64,000 nucleotides of DNA from Patescibacteria group bacterium (GCA_028704015.1 JAQVLT010000006.1:10102-74101), one strand, 5' to 3'; positions 1-10,972 are shown, counted from the stretch's first letter. The notes: generated by a model from the sequence alone, not told the origin. Numbers and translations: made by a program.

Positions 1-108
1 ATTTTTACTGTCAATTTTCGCCAGATTGCGAATAAGATAATAGGAATAATATTCCGTTCCTGTTTTTTTATCCCGATTCGCCCGACTGGCGTCAATGCCG
101 ATTAACAT
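1..108 (-). CDS. glycosyltransferase-like protein, N-terminal 36 codons only (gene runs off the left edge)
   Basis: Reverse complement of 1-108 starts at ATG (106-108) and reads MLIGIDASRANRDKKTGTEWYSYYLIRNLAKIDSKN, resembling GT4-type N-termini. It is truncated by the window edge, so it is absent from the ORF track. Confidence 0.4.
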   Translation of the reverse strand, partial: MLIGIDASRANRDKKTGTEYYSYYLIRNLAKIDSKN

Positions 109-209
109 ACAAAGGATAATTAAGATAATTAAGACAATTAAGATCTTTAAGGTGTATTTTTACAATCCCAATAATCTTAAAAATCTTAATGATCCCAAAA
201 ATCATAAAT

Positions 210-1217
210 CTATTTCGTCGCTAAAATGCTCCGCTTATAGCTATCCAGGTTCTCCAAAGCAATGCCTGTGCCTTTGGCCACGCAGAGCAAAGATTCGTCA
301 GCTACATAAGCCGGAACACCGGTTGTGCGAGAAAGAAGTTGGTCAATATTGCGTAAAAGCGAACTGCCGCCAGAAAGAACCATGCCTTTGTCCATAATAT
401 CTGCCGCTAATTCCGGCGGCGTTTGATGCAATACTTTTTTGGCCGCGTTAATTATCGCTTCCAATTCATTTTGTAAAGCTTCGGTCACATCATCACTTGT
501 TACAGTGATACTCCGCGGCAAGCCGGTAATCAAATCGCGGCCACGGATCTCCATGGACAATTTATCTTCTAAATATAGAGCTGAACCAATATTAATTTTG
601 ACATCTTCTGAAGTTCTTTCACCAATCGCTAAATTATATCGGCGCCTAACATATTCCAGAATCGCGGCATCAAATTTGTTACCACCGATACGCACCGAAG
701 TGGAAGCTACAATTCCCCCCAAGGATATCACGGCCATTTCTGCCGTACCGCCGCCAATATCAATAATCATATGTCCGGATGCCGAACCAATCGGAATGTC
801 AGCGCCAATAGCCGCCGCGATTGGTTCTTTTATAATATAAGCCGCTCTTGCTCCGGCGGCAATCGTTGCTTCCGAAACCGCTCTTCTCTCAGTAGAGGTG
901 ATTCCTGCCGGCACGGCAACCATTACCTCTGGACGAAAAAGCCGTACACCGCCCAAAGCTTTATTGATAAAATATCTAAGCATAGCTTCGGTTGTCCGAT
1001 AATCAGCAATTACCCCATCTTTAAGCGGCTTAACTGCCACAATAGTATCAGGCGTTCTACCTAACATATCCTTAGCTTCATTGCCAACAGCCAAAACTTT
1101 TCTATCTTCTATTGATACAGCCACCACGCTCGGTTCATTAATAACAATGCCTCTTTTAGGCAGATGAACTAATGTGTAGGTTGTTCCGAGATCAATCCCG
1201 ATGCGTTTTATAAACAT
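210..1217 (-). CDS. mreB: rod shape-determining actin-like protein MreB
   Basis: 335 aa. Actin-fold phosphate motifs GIDLGTTYT and DIGGGTAE, and typical MreB length and termini. Confidence 0.95.
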   Translation of the reverse strand: MFIKRIGIDLGTTYTLVHLPKRGIVINEPSVVAVSIEDRKVLAVGNEAKDMLGRTPDTIVAVKPLKDGVIADYRTTEAMLRYFINKALGGVRLFRPEVMVAVPAGITSTERRAVSEATIAAGARAAYIIKEPIAAAIGADIPIGSASGHMIIDIGGGTAEMAVISLGGIVASTSVRIGGNKFDAAILEYVRRRYNLAIGERTSEDVKINIGSALYLEDKLSMEIRGRDLITGLPRSITVTSDDVTEALQNELEAIINAAKKVLHQTPPELAADIMDKGMVLSGGSSLLRNIDQLLSRTTGVPAYVADESLLCVAKGTGIALENLDSYKRSILATK

Positions 1218-1287
1218 GATTATAAATTAAAATTAATAATTTGGTTAATTAATCCTAATATCTTAACGATCTTAACAATCATCCAAT

Positions 1288-3306
1288 CTAAAAATCCACT
1301 TCAAATCTCTTATCAACAGATAAATCGCTTTCCCAGCCGATTTCGTTATTCTTTTCTTTACTAACAGAAAATCCAACCGGACTATATGATTTTATCTTAT
1401 TATTGAACTTGAAGTCAACTGTCAACTTCTCTATATTGCTACCAGGTTGTTTCTGAATATACAATCCGTAAATTCCACTTTTGATTTGCGCGCTAATTTT
1501 ATCCGGCAATTTATAAGTAAAAATCAAAGATCCAATATCACCTGGCTCAATTTTTATATAACCGCCAAAATAAGTTTTATTTAATTCCTGGCCAACCGCC
1601 GCTTCGCCGTCACTTATCCCTTCAGCCCTAATTAATTCGCTTCCCAAGGGAACATACAGACGAGTATAGCTTTGATATCTGGTGGTGCGCCAATCAAAAC
1701 CGCCGTGATGGGCATAATTGATTTTTGCGGTAGCAATAATTTCGCCGTTTTTTTCTTCCAAACTGTATTTGATACTTTTGCTCATAACGGCGTCAGTTTT
1801 AAACGCGCCCATATTAGCATCAACGGCCATTAAATAATCACCCGCTGTTTCCTTCACCTCCCCCGCCCAACCTAAATTTTTGGATAAATTTTGAATTTGC
1901 GAATCATTAAAATAAAATAAAATATTTCTTTCGTATAAATTCCGACTGACGATATCAATCAACTTCGGCCATTCGGCAATCGGCAAATTGAATAATTTAA
2001 TTTTTATTTCCTTAAATATTTCGCCAATCACTTCCTTCCGCTGCCAAGAAGGAATGCCTAATTTCACATAGCTCTTCTCAACACGATACTCCAAAAGCTT
2101 GGTAAAATTGTCTTTGTTGTATTCCTCGCCTTCAATAATAATCGGGCCGGTTAAACTCAATAAATCAGAAACTAATTTTGGTGTAATGCCTATTACGCCG
2201 CTAAAATTTCCATCAAATTTATCAATTTTTTCTTTAGCGGGCAAATAGTTGTATTCCATTTGATAAAACCATTCAATATTTTTAGCCGACTCAGGCCAAT
2301 CGGGAGACCAGTTGGCATCGCGCATAAACCATTGATCGTTCAAGTATTTTTTTATTGGCGGCGGCGGCACTATATTCAATCGGTTCTCAACCGGCATATC
2401 CAAATGATAAACGTCATGGGTTGAAAAATTTAAAATATCACCGTTTTTTATGGTTAAATTTCCATAAGTTCCCAGAAATCCTCCGGTCGGCCTTAGCTCA
2501 TCACTATTTTGCAATAACACCAAAAAATTTGACTCATTTGGATAGCCCGCCAAATACGGAAGCATCTCGGCCATAGGAATAATTTCATTAAATGTTTTTT
2601 TCGCCTCATTTAACTGAACTTTGACATTGTCAATTTTATTTTTTAGCGGCCAAAGAAAACCATAAGCTTTTACCTGATTCAAGTTCAAAGCGGCAAGTTC
2701 TAAATTGGCTTTCAGGCCGTTTAATTCTGGTGTTGATTCAAAGACTAATTTAAGGATATTTTTCTTTTCCTCCTCACTGAATTGAGCAAAATTTAAATTT
2801 TTGTTTTGAGATAATAAATTGGTGAATTTTTGTCCAAAAAGAGAACTCTGATCTAAAGCACGACTTAAAGTCGTTCCGGCGTTGGCTAAATATTCCAAAT
2901 CATTAAACTGATATTCCAAAGCGGAAAAACGAGCAATAATAAAATTATTTTTAATCTCCCGAATATTTGAATAAACATTATTAAAATTTTTCTCCGCATT
3001 TTGCGAAAAAATTTGCGACTGATTAAAATTTCCGCTTTGAGCAAAAGCCAAAGCGGTTTCTAAATTATTTTTGCCTTCTATTGCTTGATAGTAAATATCC
3101 CTGAAACTAAAAAATAAAACACTGACTACGATTACAAAAACAGCAAGGGAAATAATAATGCCCAGACTGAAATACTTAAGAAAATTAGCTATTTTATTAC
3201 GCCTCCGTCTTTCTTTTACCAGAGGAATATTAGCTGCAAATTTCTCAATTTTTTCTTCAATTCCAGAAATATTAATACGTTTTTTTCTAGAAAAAATTGG
3301 CGTCAT
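1288..3306 (-). CDS. DUF4012 domain membrane-anchored protein
   Basis: 672 aa. N-terminal TM helix, and the motif LLQNSDELRPTGGFLGTYG characteristic of DUF4012 as I recall it. Confidence 0.75.
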   Translation of the reverse strand: MTPIFSRKKRINISGIEEKIEKFAANIPLVKERRRRNKIANFLKYFSLGIIISLAVFVIVVSVLFFSFRDIYYQAIEGKNNLETALAFAQSGNFNQSQIFSQNAEKNFNNVYSNIREIKNNFIIARFSALEYQFNDLEYLANAGTTLSRALDQSSLFGQKFTNLLSQNKNLNFAQFSEEEKKNILKLVFESTPELNGLKANLELAALNLNQVKAYGFLWPLKNKIDNVKVQLNEAKKTFNEIIPMAEMLPYLAGYPNESNFLVLLQNSDELRPTGGFLGTYGNLTIKNGDILNFSTHDVYHLDMPVENRLNIVPPPPIKKYLNDQWFMRDANWSPDWPESAKNIEWFYQMEYNYLPAKEKIDKFDGNFSGVIGITPKLVSDLLSLTGPIIIEGEEYNKDNFTKLLEYRVEKSYVKLGIPSWQRKEVIGEIFKEIKIKLFNLPIAEWPKLIDIVSRNLYERNILFYFNDSQIQNLSKNLGWAGEVKETAGDYLMAVDANMGAFKTDAVMSKSIKYSLEEKNGEIIATAKINYAHHGGFDWRTTRYQSYTRLYVPLGSELIRAEGISDGEAAVGQELNKTYFGGYIKIEPGDIGSLIFTYKLPDKISAQIKSGIYGLYIQKQPGSNIEKLTVDFKFNNKIKSYSPVGFSVSKEKNNEIGWESDLSVDKRFEVDF

Positions 3307-3446
3307 TGTTTGATTAATTAATTAAACAAAATATGCAAATATTATAACAATAATTTTACTGTTTGACAATCATAAAAATTTGGAGTAAATTATTTTGAAC
3401 AGCGTCCTTTTTATTGCAAAAACTACTCCGACCACATAGGAGAAAA

Positions 3447-3773
3447 ATGATACCCATCGCGATTCTAAAAACCGACAAAGACCCAATCTTCCTTTCTGGT
3501 ATCTTCAAAGGTTGCGATATCAAAATTGGAGGCCAGAAGGCATACGAGGTAATTGAAAGAAAACCGCGTCTGTTTACTTTCACACCTCTTCGTCAAAGAA
3601 CTTATTCGCGGCTGCCCACGGCCGCCATAAGAAACAATCGTGTGTGGTGTGGGAGTAAGGCATACCCCATAGTTAAATTGCTTCTCAAAGAAGCTGGTGT
3701 GAGCTTTGAAAAGGAACTTAGAACTTTTAAAACCCCCCGAGACGTGCTTGAAGCATTTCTCTCACACACATAA
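3447..3773 (+). CDS. hypothetical protein (108 aa; ORF track start 3414, internal ATG 3447 preferred)
   Basis: AGGAG lies 6 nt upstream of ATG 3447. This is a lone plus-strand ORF in a minus-strand block, followed by a hairpin and a T-run. Confidence 0.5.
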   Translation: MIPIAILKTDKDPIFLSGIFKGCDIKIGGQKAYEVIERKPRLFTFTPLRQRTYSRLPTAAIRNNRVWCGSKAYPIVKLLLKEAGVSFEKELRTFKTPRDVLEAFLSHT

Positions 3774-3779
3774 ATTTTA

Positions 3780-3818
3780 AGGGCAAGTTCGCGTATGCGT
3801 CTCCTGCCCTCTTTTTTT
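3780..3818 (+). terminator. putative intrinsic terminator
   Basis: AGGGCA...TGCCCT stem followed by CTTTTTTT. The loop is long, so the call is weak. Confidence 0.4.
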
Positions 3819-3854
3819 ATATGTTATGTGTTACGTGACATATGCTATGTGACG

Positions 3855-5129
3855 CTATTCATTTCTCAGTGCGGTAATCGGATCCAGCTTTGCGGCTTTG
3901 CGCGCCGGATAAAGACCAAAAAATATCCCAAAAATTATTGAAAAAACCAAGGCAACAATATAAGCTTTCAGAGGAATTCCGAAGCGCCAATCAAGCCCGT
4001 ACGCATTTGCCCCCCACGATATTAAAATAGCTATGGCCACGCCAGCAACAATTCCAATGACTCCACCAATCAAAGTAACTAATATTGATTCAATGAGAAA
4101 TTGCAACATAATGTCGTTATATTTCGCGCCGACCGCCTTTCTCAAGCCAATTTCCGCGGTACGCTCGCTTACAACTACATACATAATATTCATAATGCCG
4201 ACACCGCCAACAATCAAAGAAATCGCCACGATCGCCAGAAGCAAAATTGTCAAAGCATTAGTAATAGTGTCAAGCATGCTCAGCATTTCCGCCATTGTTG
4301 TAACGCGAAAATCGTCCTTGCTAAAATCTTTCGGATCAGAAGAAATAATATCATGACGTTCGCGAAGAAGAGCGCGAATTTCTTCGGCCGTATTTTCCGA
4401 ACGGCTTAAATCATTAACCTGATGAATTAAATATAAAACGTAATCCGTGCCTGTAAGACGTTTTTGCAAAGTTCTAACCGGCACATAAACATAATCATCA
4501 AAATTCATTACCATTACCGCGCCGCGTTCTTTCATCACACCAATAACTCTAAATTTTGATTTTCTGATTTTAATTGACTGGCCGATTGGATCTGAATCGC
4601 CGAACAATTTTTCTTTCATTTTTGAACCCAATACCACTACTTGCGACAAAGACTTGTCTTCCGCGTCAGTGAAAAAACGTCCGTATTCAATTTCGCTTTT
4701 ATCAATATCAATATAGCTGGCATTTGTGCCCATTAAAAATGCTTTGCGAAGTTCATTGCCATAACTCACCTGTTCCTGGCTCATCACGCCGGCATAACTG
4801 TCTTTAACATTGGACAATTTATTGATTTCTTCCATATCATCAAGCGTTAGCGTAGTAATCTGCGCGCCCTGCGCCTGAGTCATTGCTCCGCTGGCATCGG
4901 CATTACTGGTAGTTTTATTACCGGTTGGCACTTTAACTTCTGTTTCAATAATATCGGTGCCAAACGACTCAATTTGGCCTAAAATCAAACCTCTGATCCC
5001 TTCGCCGGCGGAAAAAACAATTATCACTGCGGCAATGCCAATCACAATTCCCAAGACGGTGAGTCCTGTTCTTACCAGATTTGACCTCATTGACCGAAAG
5101 GCCATTTGGAACGAAGTGATAATATTCAT
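3855..5129 (-). CDS. ABC transporter permease, MacB/FtsX family
   Basis: 424 aa. N-terminal TM, large periplasmic domain, C-terminal FtsX-type TM bundle, and the GLRKAVGA motif. Confidence 0.85.
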   Translation of the reverse strand: MNIITSFQMAFRSMRSNLVRTGLTVLGIVIGIAAVIIVFSAGEGIRGLILGQIESFGTDIIETEVKVPTGNKTTSNADASGAMTQAQGAQITTLTLDDMEEINKLSNVKDSYAGVMSQEQVSYGNELRKAFLMGTNASYIDIDKSEIEYGRFFTDAEDKSLSQVVVLGSKMKEKLFGDSDPIGQSIKIRKSKFRVIGVMKERGAVMVMNFDDYVYVPVRTLQKRLTGTDYVLYLIHQVNDLSRSENTAEEIRALLRERHDIISSDPKDFSKDDFRVTTMAEMLSMLDTITNALTILLLAIVAISLIVGGVGIMNIMYVVVSERTAEIGLRKAVGAKYNDIMLQFLIESILVTLIGGVIGIVAGVAIAILISWGANAYGLDWRFGIPLKAYIVALVFSIIFGIFFGLYPARKAAKLDPITALRNE

Positions 5130-5289
5130 AAAAATTCTAATTTCTAATATTCTTAAAATCCTAATATCTAAATACTAAACTCTAAACAAATTCAAAATTC
5201 AAATTATCAAAATTAAAAACTGTTTTGAATTTAGGATTTTAATAATTTGAATTTATTTAGGATTTAGTGCTTAGAATTTAGAATTTGCG

Positions 5290-6543
5290 CTATTCATAGC
5301 GTAACGCTTCTACCGGTTCCAACTTTGAAGCTTTCCTTGCTGGATACAAACCAAAAATTAAACCTATAATCATCGCCACAAACAAAGCCAGAAGAATTGA
5401 CCAGATAGACACGGAAAATGTCCAATCATAATCAAGCGCCTGAATGACAATTGCAATCAAAAAAGAAAAAATCACTCCGCTTATTATTCCAATAACTCCG
5501 CCGATAGAAGTAATAATTATTGCTTCTATTAAAAATTGCGTAGTAATATTAGAATTATTCGCTCCAACCGCTTTACGTAAACCAATTTCGCGAGTGCGCT
5601 CGGTCACGGAAACCAGCATAATATTCATAATGCCAATACCCCCGACAAGAAGAGACAACGCGGCCATCGCGGCAAGAAAAAAACGCAAAGCGTCGGTGAT
5701 CGTCGTGATCATATCCAACGCTTCAGCGGCACTACTTATCGTAAAATCATCGCTAGCTCCGCTCTTGTCAGTAATATCATGACGTTCGCGCAAAGTAACC
5801 ACCGCATCTTCCATTGCCTTGTCCATGTTTTCTTCATAATCAACCTTGGCACGAATCAAACCAAGATGATTAATGCCAAACAATAATTTTTGCGCCGTTT
5901 TAATCGGAATAATTATTTGGTCGTCGTAATCCTGAAAAGCGATTTTCCCGCGCTCTTTCATAACACCGATTACTTCAAAAGTATGCTTTTTTATTTTAAT
6001 ACGCTCGCCAACCGCATCTGAATTTCCAAATATTTCATCTTTTGCTTTACTACCCAATACCACTACACGCGCCAAACTATTTTCTTCTTCTTCGGTAAAA
6101 AATCTGCCTTCCGCTACTTCGCCGCCTTCAACCGCCAAATACCCAACCGTTGAACCGCGCAAGGTCGTGTCATATGAGTTTGATTGCCAGCTCGCCGTGC
6201 CGTTGCCCATGCTATAACCGGCAACTTCAACAAAATTCGGGACATTTTTTTTGTCACGTAAAGCCAAGGCATCTTCATAAGTTAATGTTGTGATTACTAC
6301 TCCCATCACAGACGCCGGCGGACCTTTTTCCTCTGATTTCCCCGGCATAATGCCGACTAAATTTGTTCCCAAACTTTTAACTTGCGCCACAATCAAACTT
6401 TGCGCTCCGGCGCCAACCGAAACTATAATAATCACCGCCGCCACGCCAATAATAATCCCGAGCATAGTCAAAAAACTTCTCGCCTTATTAGCCAGAAGCG
6501 CCACCAATGACATTTTAATGGATTGTCTGATTAGAGAAAACAT
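5290..6543 (-). CDS. ABC transporter permease, MacB/FtsX family (paralog)
   Basis: 417 aa. Same architecture as 3855-5129, with the motif REIGLRKAVGA. Confidence 0.85.
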   Translation of the reverse strand: MFSLIRQSIKMSLVALLANKARSFLTMLGIIIGVAAVIIIVSVGAGAQSLIVAQVKSLGTNLVGIMPGKSEEKGPPASVMGVVITTLTYEDALALRDKKNVPNFVEVAGYSMGNGTASWQSNSYDTTLRGSTVGYLAVEGGEVAEGRFFTEEEENSLARVVVLGSKAKDEIFGNSDAVGERIKIKKHTFEVIGVMKERGKIAFQDYDDQIIIPIKTAQKLLFGINHLGLIRAKVDYEENMDKAMEDAVVTLRERHDITDKSGASDDFTISSAAEALDMITTITDALRFFLAAMAALSLLVGGIGIMNIMLVSVTERTREIGLRKAVGANNSNITTQFLIEAIIITSIGGVIGIISGVIFSFLIAIVIQALDYDWTFSVSIWSILLALFVAMIIGLIFGLYPARKASKLEPVEALRYE

Positions 6544-6646
6544 TTAAAAAATTTAAAATGCAAAAATCAAAATGAAAAATTAATGTATTTCGTTCCGCCC
6601 GCAGGCGGGACTCAATATTTTTAATTTTTGATTTTTAAATTTTGAT

Positions 6647-7375
6647 TTATTTTAACATGTCACCATCCTTCGCTTTTCTCTTATTACTCACGGCATAATC
6701 GTCAACAATCAAACCGTCTTTAACTTTAATGATCCGATCAGCATGCTCGGCGGTATAAGTTTCGTGAGTTACAAGAATTATGGTATTTCCGGCATCATTT
6801 AAATCTTGGAGAATTTCCATAATCTGAACGCCGGATTTGGAATCAAGATTGCCGGTTGGCTCGTCGGCGAAAATTACCGACGGCTCATTGACCAGGGCAC
6901 GGGCAATTGCCACCCTCTGCTTCTCGCCGCCTGATATCTGATTGGTAAAAAAATTCAATCGATGGCCAAGGCCGACGCTTTCCAAAACCTTCCTCGCCCG
7001 CTCATCTATTTGTTTCTGATTTTTGGAATACGTCAAAGGCAATTTGACATTTTCCAAGACAGTAGTCCGGGGCAGTAAATTGAATGCTTGAAAAACAAAT
7101 CCAATTTTTTCATTGCGCAAATTTGCCAATTCATCATCGGATAAGGTAGTAACATTTTGTCCTTCCAAATTATAAATGCCGCCACTGGCACGATCCAATA
7201 ATCCCAAAATATGCATTAATGTTGATTTTCCCGAACCGGAAGGACCCATAATGGAAATAAATTCACCTTTTTTAACATTAAAAGAAAGGCCGTGCAAAAC
7301 GCTAGTCACGACCTCCTCATTAACAAATTCTTTAACTAAATCTTTAATCTCAATCAGCATATAAATAAAATTCAA
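6647..7375 (-). CDS. ABC transporter ATP-binding protein (MacB/LolD type)
   Basis: Walker [10 protein letters not shown], signature [14 protein letters not shown], Walker [13 protein letters not shown]. The true start may be the Met at 7360. Confidence 0.9.
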   Translation of the reverse strand: MNFIYMLIEIKDLVKEFVNEEVVTSVLHGLSFNVKKGEFISIMGPSGSGKSTLMHILGLLDRASGGIYNLEGQNVTTLSDDELANLRNEKIGFVFQAFNLLPRTTVLENVKLPLTYSKNQKQIDERARKVLESVGLGHRLNFFTNQISGGEKQRVAIARALVNEPSVIFADEPTGNLDSKSGVQIMEILQDLNDAGNTIILVTHETYTAEHADRIIKVKDGLIVDDYAVSNKRKAKDGDMLK

Positions 7376-7433
7376 AAGTTAAAAATCAAAAATCAAAATT
7401 ACAATTCAAAAATGAAAAAATAATTAGATAAAA

Positions 7434-7967
7434 CTATAAATAACTTTTTATAAATTTAAATCTTTGATTTAATGGCATCTTTTTTACTTCAATTACCGTG
7501 CAGCCTAATTCTTTATAAATATTTTTTACTAGCTTGTTTAATTTTAAAGAATCTTTCTTATTTAATGATCTCCCGGAAAATTCTCTCTCATTAAAATCCG
7601 CCAATGTGTCGCAGACAAAAACGATGTCATAAAAAATATCTGCTAATAAAATCCTTAATGACTCGGGAACGGCTTGTCCGGCCAATTCTAGCATCGCAAT
7701 ATAATCATACACGCCTCGATCAAAAACAATGACTCTATCTTTTAAATTTTGTTCTATCTCTAATTGTTTTCTTATTATTTTTGAATAAAATTCAACGGGA
7801 TTATTTTTTCTGAATTCTTTCTGTTTATTTTTTCCTAATTTTTTATTTAATTCCTTGATAACCTCTAGTCCAACATCTTTAACCGTTTCAAATCCATTTT
7901 CCTTAAATAACTCAACAAGACTTGATTTGCCGGCATACGTTCCTCCAGTGATTACAATTTTTCTCAT
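7434..7967 (-). CDS. P-loop NTPase (AAA_28/NadR-like ATPase)
   Basis: 177 aa with N-terminal P-loop ITGGTYAGKSS. Confidence 0.55.
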   Translation of the reverse strand: MRKIVITGGTYAGKSSLVELFKENGFETVKDVGLEVIKELNKKLGKNKQKEFRKNNPVEFYSKIIRKQLEIEQNLKDRVIVFDRGVYDYIAMLELAGQAVPESLRILLADIFYDIVFVCDTLADFNEREFSGRSLNKKDSLKLNKLVKNIYKELGCTVIEVKKMPLNQRFKFIKSYL

Positions 7968-8027
7968 AAGTAATAAAAAATGCTATTGAAATTTGAAACT
8001 TTAAAATTAAAATTTTATTTAAATTTT

Positions 8028-9854
8028 TTATTTTTGGCTCTCTTTAACGTAAGTAACTACTTCATCGCCTTCGTTCAAGCCTTCAAGTATCTCAATCATG
8101 CCGCTATCGCCCTTAAGTCCGGTCTTTACCGGCACCTCAATTAATTTACCATTTTTTAAAACCCGAGCTAATTTTGTTTTTACGCCGCTGCCGTTGCCGT
8201 TTTTCTCAATTATTGCGCGCGCCGGAGCGAAAAGCGCATTTTCTTTCTTATCTGTAATAATCACCGCGTTAGCCGTCATTCCCGGTTTAATATTATTATA
8301 ATATTCCTCGCTAACTTTTCCGTCATGAACCAGCCTAATTGTCACTTTGTAATAAACCACGTCTTGAATTACGGTTTCCGCTGGCTCAACAAAAGCAACT
8401 TCTCCGGAAAACTTAACATCTTCTCCAAAAGCATCCAATGTTATCTCGGATAAATCGCCAACTTTGACTTTGTAAATATCGGCTTCAGAAATATCAATTT
8501 TTACTTCATAATCATTATTACCAACCATCGCCAACACATTTTCCGTCGCATTAACTTGCTCGCCTATTTTATAATTTGATTCAGTCACCACGCCGTCTAT
8601 CGGCGCTTTAATAATGCTGTCTTCAACTTGTTTTTTGGCAATTTCCCATGCCGCCTCCGCTTGCGTTAATTGCGCTTGATACAAAGAAATATCCTGGCTT
8701 CTGGGCGAAGCTTCTGTTTGATTTAATTGCGCCTTAGCTAAATCCCAAGCTTTCAAGGCGCCATCAACTTGAGTTTGCGCGGTAGACAATTGTTTCTCGC
8801 CGCTTTTTTCCGCTGTCGTTAAACTATTTTTAGCGGTTTTAATAGCATCATCAAGCGCCAAAATAGCATCAGTCAAATTTTGTTTGGCAGACTGCACCGC
8901 TGCTATTGCCGTATTAATACCGTTCTGATTTGTGCTAATTGTAGTTTTATAAACATCAAGTTCTGTTTGCAAAAAAGCGGAAGAAGTAATGCTTTTTTCC
9001 AAAGATTTATAGCAATAATTCAAAGCCTCATAAGTTTTATTTAGCAAAATCACGCAGTCATTAGCGGCTTGATTAATACTTGCTTCGTTTATATTTATTT
9101 CAGCTTTTGCCAGGCTGGATTGTGCCGGACTAATTAATGCCTTAGCGTCATTATAGCTTAATTTGGTGTTAGCTAAATATGAAGTGTCTAAAACACTTAA
9201 AGTATCCTCTGCGTCCGTATCTTTTAAAATAGTATTGATATTATCAAGAGCTGCGTTTGCTTCGTCAATTTTTAGTTCAATAGTAGTTAAAGCATTAGTT
9301 TTTTTATTTTCTACTGCTTGGCGATAAGAACTTTTAATTGGCGATGTGGATTCTAAATCGGCTAATTTATTTTTAGCTTGTTCAATGCTTTCACTAACTG
9401 TTTTTTCAGTTTTATCTTGCTCATCCAAGGCGGAGTAATAAGCGCTTTTTGCCTTGGAAACACTGGTTTGGCTAACTCCCAACTCCTCTACCGTCGCGCC
9501 GGCAAAAAGTTTATTTAAATTTGCCTGAGCAACCAAATAGTTTGCATAAGCCTCTTTCTCTTTTAAAACATACGAACGGTTATCCAACTCGGCTAAAATT
9601 TGATCTTTTATTACCTTGTCACCAATATTAACTGACAACTTCGCCACTTTACCGCTGACTAAAAAATTTAAATCTATTTTTTCCGCCGCCTTAATTGAGC
9701 CGGTCTCACTAACGCTTTGGATTAATTCTCCTTTTTTAACTTTTTCGGTAGTATACTCCTCCTGCGGTTTTTTATTAAAAATAAAATAACCCGCAATAAT
9801 AACTATCAATGCTACCAATATAATTATTATAATTTTTTTCTTTGTTTTTATCAT
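8028..9854 (-). CDS. HlyD/MacA-family periplasmic adaptor with long coiled-coil insert
   Basis: 608 aa. N-terminal TM, lipoyl-like segment VSGKVAKLSVNIGDKV, and a long Ala/Gln/Lys-rich coiled coil. It lies in an operon with MacB-type genes. Confidence 0.8.
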   Translation of the reverse strand: MIKTKKKIIIIILVALIVIIAGYFIFNKKPQEEYTTEKVKKGELIQSVSETGSIKAAEKIDLNFLVSGKVAKLSVNIGDKVIKDQILAELDNRSYVLKEKEAYANYLVAQANLNKLFAGATVEELGVSQTSVSKAKSAYYSALDEQDKTEKTVSESIEQAKNKLADLESTSPIKSSYRQAVENKKTNALTTIELKIDEANAALDNINTILKDTDAEDTLSVLDTSYLANTKLSYNDAKALISPAQSSLAKAEININEASINQAANDCVILLNKTYEALNYCYKSLEKSITSSAFLQTELDVYKTTISTNQNGINTAIAAVQSAKQNLTDAILALDDAIKTAKNSLTTAEKSGEKQLSTAQTQVDGALKAWDLAKAQLNQTEASPRSQDISLYQAQLTQAEAAWEIAKKQVEDSIIKAPIDGVVTESNYKIGEQVNATENVLAMVGNNDYEVKIDISEADIYKVKVGDLSEITLDAFGEDVKFSGEVAFVEPAETVIQDVVYYKVTIRLVHDGKVSEEYYNNIKPGMTANAVIITDKKENALFAPARAIIEKNGNGSGVKTKLARVLKNGKLIEVPVKTGLKGDSGMIEILEGLNEGDEVVTYVKESQK

Positions 9855-10249
9855 ATTGCTATTTTTTCTTTATTATTTATAACTTTTTTAAATCTATAAA
9901 TAAAATCATCAATACTTAATTCATTTTTGATAAAATAATATTTAACACCCAAATTTGCCCCCATGCTTCGGCTATCATTGTCGCTTAAACTGGTGAAAAT
10001 AAAAACCGGAATAGCGGAAGTTTCCAAATCTTCACGCAACGCCTTCGCCATTTTAAAGCCATCAATTTTGGGAAGAATCAAGTCCAAGATTATATAATTT
10101 GGCTTAAACTCTTTTATTTCATATAATGCATTTTCTACCGCCTCACTGCCGTTATTTATTTCCACTTCAAAACCCTCCAGGCTTAATTTCGCCTGCAAAG
10201 CATACAAAATATTAGCGTCATCTTCAATAATGAATACTTTTTTGCGCAT
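9851..10249 (-). CDS. single-domain response regulator (CheY-like receiver)
   Basis: 132 aa with the EDD...DLILP acidic pocket pattern. It overlaps the adaptor gene by 4 nt. Confidence 0.85.
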   Translation of the reverse strand: MRKKVFIIEDDANILYALQAKLSLEGFEVEINNGSEAVENALYEIKEFKPNYIILDLILPKIDGFKMAKALREDLETSAIPVFIFTSLSDNDSRSMGANLGVKYYFIKNELSIDDFIYRFKKVINNKEKIAI

Positions 10250-10360
10250 ATTATAGAATTTAGCTAATCATATTATAGCACAATACATTAAAACACAAAA
10301 GCAATCTTCATGGAAGACTGCTTTTAATACTGTTTTAATGTTTTCATGCTTTAATGATTT

Positions 10361-10972
10361 TTACGCGAATTTTCTAATCACCCCTCTAACCACCCCTTGG
10401 ATCAGCGGATCTTGAACATATATCGGCTGCATTGCAGAATTCGCCGGTTGTAAACGAATGCGATTCGGTTCGCGGTAAAATTTCTTGAGCGTCGCATAGG
10501 CATTATTAAGAAGAGCAACTACCACGTCGCCATTTCTTGGCGAGGGATTACGCTCCACGATAACAAAATCTCCGTTCAAAATTCCTTCTTCAATCATTGA
10601 CTCGCCTTTTACTTTCAAGACATAACTATTAAAACTATCAGTGACAAAATCTGCTGGCACGGCAATAGTCTCTGTATCTTCAACCGCTTCAATCGGCTCA
10701 CCGGCCGTAATCAATCCAGCTAACGGCAACTCAATCGCCTCTGCCCAATTAACCTCAGTTTTAACCAGCTCAATGGAACGCGCCTCGTTAAAAGATTTTT
10801 TTAAAAATCCTTTAGCCTTCAAATTGTCCAAATGTGATTGCACGGTCGCCGGACTGGACAAATCAAAATGCTCGCCGATTTCCCGCACTGTCGGCGCGTA
10901 GCCGTGCTTGCGCGTGAAATCATTGATAAAATCCAAAATTTGTCGTTGGCGTTTGGTGAGATTGTTGGTCAT
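10361..10972 (-). CDS. lexA: LexA repressor
   Basis: 203 aa. N-terminal wHTH (GYAPTVREIGEHF) and S24 peptidase motifs GESM and K in TLKKF. Confidence 0.9.
   Translation of the reverse strand: MTNNLTKRQRQILDFINDFTRKHGYAPTVREIGEHFDLSSPATVQSHLDNLKAKGFLKKSFNEARSIELVKTEVNWAEAIELPLAGLITAGEPIEAVEDTETIAVPADFVTDSFNSYVLKVKGESMIEEGILNGDFVIVERNPSPRNGDVVVALLNNAYATLKKFYREPNRIRLQPANSAMQPIYVQDPLIQGVVRGVIRKFA

Noticed and set aside
3356-3583. A 75-aa minus-strand ORF overlapping the 3447-3773 plus-strand ORF.
   Set aside because: It overlaps the better-supported plus-strand ORF, which has an SD and a terminator. It has no SD and an odd composition.
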